Source: Chiloscyllium plagiosum (lineage: Eukaryota). From it: DNA of 64,000 nucleotides. This document shows positions 48,601 through 60,499 of the stretch, in pieces. A program made the translations under genes and the position numbers. The notes beneath the pieces are model-generated. The model searched no databases. It was given only the letters and a program-made list of their open reading frames with translations, and had not been told where the DNA came from. Numbering within the stretch: position 1 is the first letter of the stretch; every line of letters starts with the position of its first letter. The stretch covers positions 73,165,972 through 73,229,971 of the forward strand of contig NC_057711.1 of the NCBI RefSeq assembly GCF_004010195.1. The letters are read 5' to 3'.

Positions 48601-50772
48601 AGAAGATGGAGTCCTTTTTTTAAGACCCTGGACTTTCCAGGTTTAACTTCAGGGCAAGTGTCTTTTCTGACTGCCCCTCTGACAATCCAGGAAATACAGA
48701 AAATTGTGAGGCAGCTCCAGAGTGGTAAAGCATCTGGCCCAGACTGATATCAAAGTGAGTTTTAGAAGGATTTTATAGATATGCTGGCCAGGTCACTGTT
48801 GGATATGTATAATTACTTGTACAGTCAGGACTGCCTTCCATCCTCTCCGAGAGAAGCAAATATTTCTCTCGCTTTCAAGAAAGGGAAAGCCCTAGAGGAT
48901 TGCACTTCGTACAGTCCCATATCATTGAATATGGATTTTAAAATTCTGTCAAAAATGCTGGTATTGAGGTTGGAGAGAAGTTGCTCGAGAAGAGAAGACA
49001 GGACCTTCGGCGCTGGGAGGATCTTCCAATAGTCTGGTTGTGTGGAATAGCACTGGTCAAAATGAATGTTATTCTTCATTTATTATATCCCATGCGAATG
49101 CTGCCTAGGCAAGCACTATGGAGGCTTTAATAGTTGGCTTGGATCTTTCATCTGGCATCATAAGCGGCCTCCTATTAAGCTGGATAAATTGCAGCTTCCA
49201 CAGGGGGTGGGAGGTTTGGATTTCCTGGATTTTTAAGAAATATCAATCTAGTTCCTTGTTATCGTATGTGGCTGACTGGACTTGCCAGGACCCGTGGTCA
49301 ATTTGGTTGGACACAGAGGCTTCCCTGGCAAAATGCCCCCTCATCAATTTGTTGTTAATTGTCAAGATTAAGACTGTTATGGACCACTGCAGAAATCTGA
49401 TTGTCCTTAACACGGTTAAAGCATGGAGAATGATGTGGCAAGGTGGGAGCAACTTACAAAAAACTTGCCTTTTCACTCACGTAATAGGAATGTTAGGATT
49501 CTGTCCGGGGTTGATGGACCCTGGCTTTAAGCTCTTGGAGTCTAGAGGAGTCCCTGTTTGGGAGACTTAATTGACGGGGAGATCATGATGTCTTTCAAGC
49601 AGCTGAGTCAGAAATTTGAGCTATCCAGGAGGGACCTTTTTAATTACTTTCAGATGAGGGACTTTATACAGAAAAAAGCTACATTGATGGTTAGTCCCTA
49701 TAAGTCTGATAATGGAGAGGAGAGTTTTCTGGTCTATGGGTGCTCTCTTGGTCAGCACCCTCTATTACCTACTTGGACGTAATGTTTTGAAGGACACTGA
49801 GCGGCTATGCGGAATCTGGACTCGGGAATTAGGGGTGGAAATCACGTCAAAGGCGTGGGAGGATATTTGGGGGAATGTAAGGAAGATTTTGATTTCCAAC
49901 AGGATGCACGCTATGAAACTGAAGATACTCCACAAGGCTCATTTGGCAATGGAGTGGCTTGCGAAATTTAAGACAGGAGCATCCCCAGTGTGCCCCATAT
50001 GTAAAACCGATGTTGGCACTCTTACTCATTGCTTGTGGTCATGCCACAAGCTTTGTAGGTATTGGGGTGTCATAATGAGTGTTTTGGAAGGGGTCTTGGA
50101 AACTGAGGTTAAGGTGGATTTGGTGTCCCTCCTTTTGGGCTGGCCAAATCTCCCTTCTTTGGATGTGTATGGGAAGAAAGTATTTAATATTCTTGCATTC
50201 TGTGCGTGGAAGAACATTCCAATGAGCTGGGTGTCGGAGAATCCCTCAGGAATCTTGGGGTGGTGTAGATTAGTTATAGAGCACTTCTTCCTAGACTTCC
50301 TTAAGAGTATGGTGCACCAGAAAATGGAACTGTTTCATCGAGCATGGCGGCCCTTTCTGAATTATGTAGCCGCTACCTTGTTGACTATATTGGTCAAGGC
50401 CTTTGTGTTTACTCATGAGCGCTATGTCTGGCGGTCTGGGGGCCCCTGGGAGGAGGAATCCCAAACAAATGTGGGTGTGCCAACTGATGCTGTTGGTGTG
50501 GGGAGCTTTGGTGGGATTGCGCTGAGTCCGGTAACTTAACTGAATGTAATTTAATTTACCTTGGTTTAATTTCGTTTTTTTTAGTTATTTATTGAATTGT
50601 AATTTTTGTAGGTTTGTTCTTTTCCCTCCCCTCAGTGGTTTGTGAAGCAGAGTAGTGGTTTGTTTACTGTTATTGTCGTTATATTATAACGTTGTTATAC
50701 TCTTTTGTAGTGATTTTGTAATTTTGTGAAAAATTTTATATTTTTTTCTCAATAAAAATATTTACAAAAAAA
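45645..50772 (+). mobile_element. L1-clade LINE, 5'-complete, with the RT core deleted
   Basis: G-run start. ORF1 from 45797 (coiled coil, LEEQIDDL*NRGRWKNIRLVG). ORF2 from 47358 with APE motifs TWNVKG, GDFN, RIDMF, ISDHA, RT start SGKASGPD / YSPISLNMDFKILSK and C-terminal CPICK..GTLTHCLWSC. Ends with aataaa and an A-tail. Confidence 0.9.
47107..47345. repeat. Tandem duplication (~115-125 bp) in the L1 inter-ORF spacer
   Basis: tgtagaagtagttgttagaag...cctcccgggtaggg occurs twice. Confidence 0.9.
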
Positions 50773-51408
50773 TTATAAAGTCAGTGTCAGCACTATCCTG
50801 TCATGACCACCAGGCAGTGTGATAGGAATACACAAAAGGTGACATGTCAGGTCAGACACTGAATTGTAGGTGTGAGGCTTTGTTCAGAATCTGCCTGAGT
50901 TTTAGTCTGAAATCAGGCTTGTTTTATTCTGAAAGCTGGAATTTATAAGATGCCGCATTAATTGTGACTACAAGTGGTGTTTTTTGAATAAAATAGAATA
51001 TATCTGCAGATAAACACAATTCTATTGCAATTGAGACTGCTGTAGATGTGATACGTGAGTTAAAAATTTGAGCTGCTGAAGGGTTATAATTATACCAAAA
51101 TAGGTAGCACATGCCTTTATAGTAAACTAAACCTTGCATTACATAAAAAGACTATGATACAATAAATACCAATAAAACAGATTAACTGGTACAATAAGAA
51201 GCTTTGTAATTCATGGTCATAGAGGTCTACAGTACACAGAGGCCCTTCAGCGCATTTTCTGCACCAGTCAAAACTGACCATTTTTCATCACGTAGCTTGT
51301 ATGCCTTAACATTGCAAGCATCCATATACTACTGAAATGTTGAGAGTTTTTGCTTGTACCATCCTGGCAAGCAGTGAGTTCCAGATTGCCAATTCTTGGG
51401 TAAAATAA

Positions 51409-51990
51409 GTTAAAAATCACACAACACCAGGTTATAGTCCAACAGGTTTATTTTGAGCTTTCGGAGTGCTGTTCCTTCATCAGGTGGTTGTGGAGAATAA
51501 GATTGTAAGACACAGAATTTACCACAAAAGTTTACAGTGTGATGTGATTGAAATTACGTATTTAAAAGGACCAGGATTGTTTGTTAAGTCTCTCATCTTT
51601 TAGAATGTTAAAAATCACACAACACAGGTTATAGTCCAACAGGTTTATTTGGAAGCACTAGCTTTCAGAGCACTGCTCCTTCATCAGGTAGTTGTGGAGG
51701 GGAGCAGTGCTCTGAAAACTAGTGCTTCCAAATAAATCTGTTAGACTATAACCTGGTGTTGTGTGATTTTTAACTTTGTACACCCCCAGTCCAACACCAG
51801 TGTCTCCAAATCTTTTAGAATGACCATTTTGGTTTCAGTTCTTTCGTATGTAAATTGCAAAACTTTTTTAAAAAAACTTACATTCTCAAGTGAACTACAA
51901 TTGGTGTCATGTCGGCCCAGATAATGTATTGAAGGTGTGAGCTTCCCTGTGAGGCTGTCTGTGCCACAATGGTCTGAATCAGTCTGAATT
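51409..51990 (-). mobile_element. Penelope family C 3' fragment with a nested fold-back copy of the same family (51608-51810)
   Basis: gttaaaaatcacacaacaccaggttatagtccaacagg terminus. The nested copy has inverted arms and TSD tcttttagaatg (51596-51607, 51811-51822). Confidence 0.8.
51656..51690 (-). ncRNA. Complete minimal hammerhead ribozyme motif
   Basis: Minus strand reads tac-CTGATGA-a-ggagc-agt-gctct-GAAA-gcta-gtg: stem I tac/gtg, 5-bp stem II, palindromic AGCT, CUA triplet. Confidence 0.65.
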
Positions 51991-52744
51991 GCCCAAATCA
52001 CAGGTAAAAGAAAAAAGTCTTTCCAAATCTCCTGCCCCTTACCTTAAATCTACACCTACTCAATGATCCCCAACCACCAAGGGGAAATGTTTCTTCTTGT
52101 CTACCCTATGCTCACAATTTTATACATCTCAATTATGATCCTCTCCACCTCTGCTCCAAAGAAAACATGAGATTATCCAATTCTCTCTGATAATATAGAA
52201 TCTTCAATATTATCAACATCAGAAATACTTACTTGGAACTTTGTCTGGCCAAAATGATTATAAAAATGAATGTTAGAAATGGTAAAACAAAACCATGATC
52301 ACTATCAGTGATAGTGCTGTTGAGGTACAGTTAAGTTTTTTTGACGCCTAACAGCTGGCCAATACTTGCATATTTGGGATAGAAGAGTTATCATTCCACT
52401 GATGCTTCTTGATTGGTCAAGTTGTTCAGCACAACCTGTTTTTGTTATATTCAATTAGATTCCCTTGGCATATTGTATGTCACAGTCAGATAAACTCAGC
52501 AGAAGTACAGGCTCAGTTGTAATAGTTATATCAAACTATGGACAGTTCAACAGTAATACTACACCCCACAAGTTTTTTTGACCTCATGACAAACATGGGC
52601 ACAAATTTCTGTGAGATTACCACTGACTGACCTCTCAGTTGATGATTCATTATTCTTCCATTCTCAATATCCATGGAGCAAGCACTGATTGTAGTGTGGA
52701 ACATAATGTAAAAGCATCATCACTATATGTGAGGACCAACACTG

Positions 52745-53010
52745 ATTGAATAGACAAAGGATATGTGACCTTGTTAACTCCATTAACAAACATATAAATT
52801 GGGACTCCATTTACCAACCTCTCAAAAACAGAACCAGAAATGATATCACCCATCAGAACAAACCAAGACACATAAATAGCAAGTGGAACAGAACACCAAT
52901 GCTGCACCAGAAGCACACTGATGATGTTACCTAGTATAGTGATGAAACCAGTTCAGCGAGCAAACCAGCAACCTGATCCACAACTTGAACTACAAATCTC
53001 CAAGATCTCA
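52745..53010 (+). mobile_element. Penelope family B 3' end fragment with hammerhead-like core (52918-52948)
   Basis: NSINKHI..D.IY.PL C-terminus followed by CTGATGA-tgttacctagtatagtgat-GAAAc. Confidence 0.7.
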
Positions 53011-53304
53011 AGTGTGATCTGAATTTAGGAAACCAGGATATAGAAGCAGTTTGGTTAGAAATGAGGAATGATAAAGACAAGACGTCACTTGTAGGAGTTA
53101 TTTGTAGACCCCAATAGTAGCTACATGATAGGACTGGGTATTATTGGATGAATTAATAGCAGCTTGATAGTAACTGCAGGGGAATAGCATGTTATGGCAC
53201 CGATGAGAGAGTAGATTATATAATACTGGATTTGACCAATGAGATAGAATTGATTACTGATCAAAATACTGAGCCAAAAGTATAAAAAGATAGGAGAAGT
53301 TTCC

Positions 53305-53512
53305 ATACAATGCCTACAGTGTGGAAACAGGCCATTCAGCCCAATAAGTCCACACTGACCCTCCAAAGAGTAATCCACCCAGACCCATTGCCCCCACCCC
53401 ATTACTCTACATTTACCCCTGACTAATACACTTAACCTACACATCCCTGAGCACTATGGGCAATGTAGCTCAGGCATTTCACCGTACCTACTCGTCTTTG
53501 GATTGTGGGAGA
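53305..53512 (-). mobile_element. HE1 SINE 3' fragment
   Basis: cctacagtgtggaaacaggcc...cactatgggcaat. Confidence 0.8.
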
Positions 53513-53545
53513 TATTTTCCAAAGAAAAGGGAATAACAAGTATTA

Positions 53546-54074
53546 GATTAGATTCCCTACAGTGTGGAAACAGGCCTTTCGGCTCAAGTCCACACCGACC
53601 CTCCAAAGGTAACCTACCCAAACCCATTTCTCTCTGACTAATGCACCTAACACTATGGGCAATTTAGAATGGCCAATTCACCTGACCTGCACATCTTTGG
53701 ACTGTGGGAGGAAACCGGAGCACCCAGAGGAAACCTACGCAGACATGGGGAGAGTGTGCAAACTCCACACAGATGGTTGCCAGAGGCCGGAATCGAACTT
53801 GAGTCTTTGGTGCTGTGAGGCAGCAGTACTAACCACTGAGCCACTGTATCCCAGGTTCGATTCCAGCCTTGGGCGACTGTCTGTGTGGAGTTTGCACATT
53901 CTCCCCATGTCTGTGTCGGTTTTCTCCCACAGTCCAAAGATGTGCAGGTCAGGTGAACTGGCCATGCTAAATTGCCCATAGGGAAATTCATCTAGGTGGG
54001 TGGGTTACTCTTCGGAAGGTCGGTGTGGACTAGTTGGGCTGAAGGACCTTTTTCCACACTGTAGGGAATCTAAT
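53546..54074. mobile_element. Head-to-head pair of HE1 SINEs (- 53546-53846, + 53850-54074)
   Basis: Both tails point outward; flanked by caagtatta (53537-53545, 54075-54083). Confidence 0.85.
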
Positions 54075-54156
54075 CAAGTATTAATGCTTCAGAAAATGGA
54101 TTTGGAGAATTAGTAATGAAGGATAAAGAAACGGCAGATGAGTCGAAAGACATTTT

Positions 54157-54472
54157 GTGTGGAAGCAGGCCATTCGGCCCATCAGGTCTACGCCAACCCT
54201 CTAAAGAGTCCCTATCCTATGCCTATAACTGTGTTTCCCATGGCGAATCCACCCAACCTGTACATCTCTGGACACTATAAATAATTTACCATGGCTAATC
54301 CATCTAACCTGCACATCTGTGGACTGTGGGAGGAAACCAGAGCACCTGGTGGAAACCCACACAGGCAGAGGGAGAATGTGCAAACTCCACACAGTTACCC
54401 AAGGGTGGAATCTAACCTGGGTCCCTTGCACTGTGAGGTAGCAGTGCTAACCACTGAGCCACTGTGCTGCCC
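54157..54472 (-). mobile_element. HE1 SINE
   Basis: Ends with gcagtgctaaccactgagccactgtgctgccc, the reverse complement of the head. Confidence 0.88.
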
Positions 54473-56006
54473 ATGCCCTGTTGTTCTTCAAGTAGCATCC
54501 CAGAAATAGAAGGAATTGAAAGGGAGGGAGGAATGTAAGGAAATTACAATTATCAGTGAAGTAGTACTGAGTAAATTGTTGGAACTGCAAGATGACAAGT
54601 CCCCAGGTCCAGATGGATTTCATCCTATGGTCATCAAAAAAGTAGCCAGTGAAACAGGTGATGCATTGATTTTAATTTTCCAACATTTATTAGAGGGAAT
54701 TATCAGGAAAGGTTTCTTTTGATTGGAGAATAGCTAATGTAACTCATTTATTCAGAAAAGCAGAGAGGCAGAAAATAAGAAACAAGCCAGTTATCTTAAC
54801 ATTTGTCACAGGGAAAATGTTAGAAGCTTTTATTAAAGTCATTATAACAGGGCACTTGGATAAGTTCAAGATAATCAGGCAGAACCAACACTATGTTGCC
54901 AAAGAGAAATCCATATTTAACTAATTTATTGGAGCTCTCTGAACTTGTGCTGTAAATAAAGGGGAGCCAGCAGATGTATTGTATTTAGATTTATGGAAGG
55001 CCTTTTGATAAGATGCTACATGAAAGAGAATGGTGGGAAATATAAACATGTGGTATAGTCAGAAGATTGGCTGGCTAACAGGAAGCACAGAGTAGAAATA
55101 AATGGATCTTTTTTAGGTTTGCAGGATGTCATGAGTAATGTGCCACAGGGCACATTACTCTTTCAATTTAAATAAATGATTTGCATAAAGGGATTGAAGG
55201 TATGGCACCTAAATTTGCTGATGACATAAAAATAGGAAAGTGAGTTGTAAAGAGGGCATAAGGAGCCTAAAAAGGGACATAGATAGGTTAAGTGAGTTGT
55301 ACAATGTGGTAAAATGTATAATTGTCCATTTTGGCAGAAAGAGTAAAAAAGAAGCATATTTTCTAAATGGTGAGAGGTTGCAAAGCTCTGAAATGCAAAT
55401 GGTCTAGGTGTTTTCATGCATGACTCACATGCATGAAGGTTAGTGTGCAGACACATTAAGTAGTCAGAAAAGCTAATAGAATGTTGTGGTTTATTGTGAG
55501 GTGAATTTCATGCAAGAGTTGGCTGCTTGTGTTTCAGCTATACAGGGCATTGGTGAGACTGCATCTGGAATACTGTGTACAGCTCTGGCCTCTATATTTA
55601 TGGAAGGATGTTAATGAGTTGAAGGCATTTCAGATTAAGTTTACTAGATTAATACCTGAATGAATGGATTGCTTTATGAGGAAAGGCTAGACAGACTTTG
55701 TATCCTCAGAAGTTTAGAAGAGTCAGAGGTGACTTAATAGATTCTGCAGGGACTTGATGATTTGGATGTTAAAGGATGTTTCCGGTTGTGGGAGAATCTA
55801 GAACTAGGGATGATAGTTTAAAAATAAAGGATGCCCATTTAAAACAGAGATATGGAAACTTTATTCTCTCAGAAGGCTGAGAGTCTTTCAAATTCCTTTT
55901 TTCAAAAGGCAGTAGATGCAAAATATTTAAATATTTTTAAAGCAGAAGTTGATAATTCTTGATTATCAAGGGGATGAAAGATTACTATGCAGGAATGTAA
56001 AGTTGA

Positions 56007-56310
56007 GCGGCACGGTGGCACAGTGGTTAGCACTGCTGCCTCACAGCGCCAGAGACCCGGGTTCAATTCCCGCCTCAGGCGACTGACTGTGTGGAGTTTG
56101 CACGTTCTCCCCGTGTCTGCGTGGGTTTCCTCCGGTTTCCTCCCACAGTCCAAAAATGTGCAGGTAAGGTGAATTGGCCATGCTAAATTGCCCGTAGAGT
56201 TAGGTAAGGGGTAAATGTAGGGGTATGGGTGGGTTGCGCTTCGACGGGACGGTGTGGACTTGTTGGGCCGAAGGGCCTGTTTCCACACTGTAAGTAATCT
56301 AATCTAATCT
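56007..56310 (+). mobile_element. Young HE1 SINE
   Basis: CpG-intact head gcggcacggtggcacagtggttagc...gggttcaattccc, (TAATC)n tail, short TSD ttgag. Confidence 0.95.
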
Positions 56311-58057
56311 TGAGATTAAAATCAGGTTAGCCATGATGTTATTGAATGGTGGGGCAGGCTCGAAAGGCTGACTTGTCTACTTCTGTTCCTTTATGTTTAA
56401 TGACTTTACAGAAGTATATTTGGAGACAAATTAATCCTTATCTGTCTAAAAACCATGATCAGTGGTCATTTGACTTTCTGGTAACCATTTTGGGGGACAG
56501 TATGTTCATGATTCTTCCTTTTCTTTTTAAAAACACAGTAACTAGATTGAACTAACAAACTGCAAAGAATGAGAACTACACAATAGTATTGTTCATCCCC
56601 TCAGTAATCCGAAAATCACTCTCATTCTTAAATGTTCAATCAAACATGAAGCTCTCACAGACTTTCACTCTTGCCTTTCGTGATATTGGTCAAAGGTCAA
56701 ATCTCAGACCACTCAATCAAGATGACAAATAAACTGAATCTTTGATAAAGTTTTTAAGTTTGTTTTTCAAATTCCCACACTATCTTTACATAATCAACAA
56801 ACTGAATAAAACAGAGGTTTCATTTAAGATCATTTTAAAATGTACATATATTCTCAAATATTAAATGCATGACAGACAGAATCAATAATTCAACAATGTC
56901 CTGTGAGAACATACTAACTTAAAATATCTTCCAAACTGAGAGACCCAACAATGAATCTGTTTTCATGAAGAATTATCATTGTCTTTAACATTGACACAAT
57001 TTCTCTCCATAGATGCTGAGTATTTTCAGCATTTTCTGTTTTTATTCCAAAAATAATTGAAATGAATTTGTATTAATTTAGGGACTATGGGTAAACCAAA
57101 TTGTGAGTTTCGTCTTTTAAAGGATTTCCAATAATGTAATTATGTAGCTCAGGGTAACAAATACACAAAGGCCATTTGGCATAAGGCTTAAGTCAGCACT
57201 AAAATACCTTTATAAATTTATATAGCCATAAGAATTAAGACATAATAAAATTAAATAGAATGCATAACATCTCAAATTAAATATAATTTGTCTCATGTGA
57301 GAGGAACGACTTCTGGCTTTACCATGTTACCTCTAATTAAATATTGGGAACACTGAACCCTTTGTCATAAATCCCACCGACTCCATGACCCTTACGGCCA
57401 GAGAAACAGCTTGCAAACTTGTTGTTTGGATCTTTGATCTTACACTGCATTCAAGGCATCATATCCACTTTGTCACAGACACCCAATCTCCAAAACATTA
57501 TGCATCTTCACACTACCTCAATCACTTTGCTGTTGAAACCCTGATACACATCCACATCACCTTCAGAGTTTACTCCAGTGTTCTTGCTTATTTTCCAATT
57601 TGCTCAATAAACATCAGCTCATCCTCTTGCTTACACCTATTCTGCACTGGGTTGTACATAGTCATAGCTCCTATTCTCATTCTGCATTTGCTTCTGGACC
57701 TTCAAAAGTGCAAATTTAAATTTATGTCCTTGTCTTTACTGTGTGTTGTTCCCTTATCATTGTAAATTTCTCCTGCCTTTCTAAATCTGTTGCTCTGACT
57801 TTGGCCTTCATGCAAAGATTTCCTTTGTATTCGCTGCTGATGGCTATGCCTTCATCTGCCTAGATCTCACACTCTAGCATTTTCCTTCAGTAATCCCAAT
57901 AACAGAATAGATTGCATGTTTAATAGCTGACTCTATATATCTGGCAACATTGTTTATTAGAAGTTTGAAACAATTCAGGTTGTATCTACCAATATTATAG
58001 CTCAGTTAGCTCAGTGGGCTAATAAGTGATTCAAAATAATGGCAACAGTGGAGATTC

Positions 58058-58362
58058 GTGGCATGGTGGCTCAGTGATTAGCAGTGCTGCCTCATAGCAC
58101 CAGGGACTGGGTTCAATTCCAGCCTTGGGTGAAACTAGGTGTAGAGTTTGCACATTCTCCCAGTGTCTACATGGTTTTCCTCCCACAATCCAAAGATGTG
58201 CAGCTTAGGTGAATTGGCCATGCTAAATTGCTCATAGTGCCCTTCTTAGCCATGGGAAATACAAGGTTACAGGCACGGGGTGGACTGGATGGGATGCTCT
58301 TTGGAGGGTCTGTGTGGACTTACAGGCCGAATAGCTTGTTTGCACACTGTAGGGATTCTAGG
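58058..58362 (+). mobile_element. HE1 SINE
   Basis: Head, V-domain and cacactgtagggattc tail. Confidence 0.88.
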
Positions 58363-58576
58363 ATTTGATTCCCACTCCAGCTGAAGTAGATGCAGATCCT
58401 CCCTCCATGCTGTGCCACTGAAAGTGGAAAGCAATAGCAATCCACCACTTTTGTTATCTGCTGAAAAGTAAGCCAATAAGCCAAGGATCTGCCTTTATGC
58501 AGAGCACACATCAAGGAAAGAATGAATAACTAAAGTCTGACATGGATATAGGTTATTCACAAGACATTTTTTTTAA

Positions 58577-58886
58577 AGATTGGATTCCCTACAGTGTAGA
58601 AACAGGACCTTTGGCCCAACAAGTCCACATTGATCCTCCGAAGAGTAACCCACCCAGACCCATTCCCCTACCCTATATTTATCCCTGATTAATGCACCTA
58701 ACACTATGGGCAATTTAGCATCGCCAATTCACCTGACTTGCATATCTTTGGATTGTGGGAGGAAACCGGAGCACCCAGAGGAAACCTACTCAGACACAGG
58801 GAGAATGTGCAAACTCCACACAGTCACCTGAGGCAGGAATCGAACCAGAGTCCCTGGCGCTGTGAGGCAGCAGTGCTAACCACTGA
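58577..58886 (-). mobile_element. HE1 SINE
   Basis: Reverse complement of the full SINE. Confidence 0.9.
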
Positions 58887-59559
58887 TATACCCAATATTT
58901 GATAATATATTTGGCTAAAATCACAGAAGAAGTAATTTACCTGAATTTATTTAAATACTCATGTTTGTCACAGCAACACAGTTCTTACTATTCATAGAAC
59001 TGTTTGTTAGCTTCACAAGGAAACTACTGCTGTTAAGGTGTCCAGGTCAGGTTTTTATTCAAAGAGAAAAACATTCTCCAGCCTTCTTTTTTTTCTAATC
59101 TCCACAGTCCTATCTACTTAGGACACTTAGATGACCTCCACTGGGTGCTTTAAATTATTGCAGAAGCAGCACCAGTGATATCTTCACAACATCTTTCAAA
59201 TATGAGGCAAAAGAAGTGATCCAACAGCAGTGTCCTCTCCCAATTCAACATGCCTAACATTGAGGTGTTAATATCTTAAAATCAGCTCTGATGGGCAGCA
59301 CACACCAGGATCCCAAAAGAACGACCGTACTTGAATGTCAGTTGTGGCAGGTCTCTTCCAGGAGGATAGCATAACTACTTTAGGAACATTCTCCAGTCAT
59401 CCCTGCTGACCCATGGAAGTACCTGTGTTACCAACCAAAATAAGAAAGGCTCATTCAGGAAGTCAGCAAATACATCAAAAGAGTTAGTCAAGAATATTCA
59501 TAGGTGAAGTCAGGGCATAAACTCCAATACACCAAGTACCATTATCCCACATAGTATTG

Positions 59560-59843
59560 TAGAATCCCTATAGTGAAGAAAGAGGTCATTCAGTCAATGG
59601 AGTCTGCTCTAACCATCTGAAGAGTATCCATGCAGATCCAACACCCACTACCGCCCCCCTCAAAATCCTTGTAATCCCACATTTAGCATGGCTAATCCAC
59701 CCAACCTGCCCATCTTTGGACTGTGGGAGAAAACTGGAGCACTGGGTAGAAATCCACACATACACAGGGAGAACATGCAAACACCATATAAAGAATAAAC
59801 CAACTCTGGCAACTCAGTGCGAATCACTGAGCCACCGTGCCAC
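59560..59843 (-). mobile_element. HE1 SINE (older)
   Basis: Reverse complement, degenerate. Confidence 0.8.
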
Positions 59844-60499
59844 TGTTCCAGGTGAGGTTTCTCACAGAGTTTGAAGCTCATATTTGTACTCCATGGGAGC
59901 TTTGACCCACTTTATTTCATCTGACCAGATTGTTATATACATCTATTTTCCTCATGTCATTATCCAACTTTCCCTTAAATGCACCAAGTTATTTGTCTCA
60001 ACTATTCTATGAGAGGGGAAAGTGAGGACTGCAGATGCTGGAGATCAGAGTTGAGTGTGGTGTGCTGGAAATGTACAGCCGGTCAGACAACATCCAAAGA
60101 ACAGGAAAATCAATGTTTTGGGCATGTGATAGCAAGTCCCATATTTTCATTACTCCCTAAGTAAGACATTCCTTGTCAATTTTGTATTGGATTTATTATT
60201 GAATAAAGTCTACTTATGGCTTCTGGTTTTAGACTTCACCTCATCTCAACTGACGATGCTGTCTACACAGGATCACAAGTTTCTGCTATATGACTGAACA
60301 GATCCATTTCAAAACTTTGGGCACATGAGCCAAGATATTCCAAGAGATAGTGAGATGCAGACTACAGGATTTTCTTCTTACTCATTACTAAGTGTTGGGA
60401 TTCGAAGAGTGATGCAGTTAGATGGACACGTTGACATTTTGAACAACTAGTAAGAACTACTTCCCAGTCATTAGTATCAGTACTGTTGCACTTCAAGGA

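Larger units (their letters stand above)
53030..56395 (+). mobile_element. Old CR1 LINE with several nested HE1 SINEs
   Basis: DKSPGPDGFHP, KFADD-like aaatttgctgatgac, gaatactgtgtacag and CR1 3' UTR. Confidence 0.8.

Noticed and set aside
49712..50539. 275-aa zinc-finger protein gene
   Set aside because: It is the C-terminal domain of L1 ORF2.
56007..56080. tRNA-like sequences with A and B boxes (also at 18010, 58060 and elsewhere)
   Set aside because: They are SINE heads continuing into the V-domain and tail; there is no complete cloverleaf or terminator.
56400..60450. Additional host exons in less repetitive stretches
   Set aside because: I found no exon with both convincing splice sites and a recognisable protein motif; small or divergent exons cannot be excluded.
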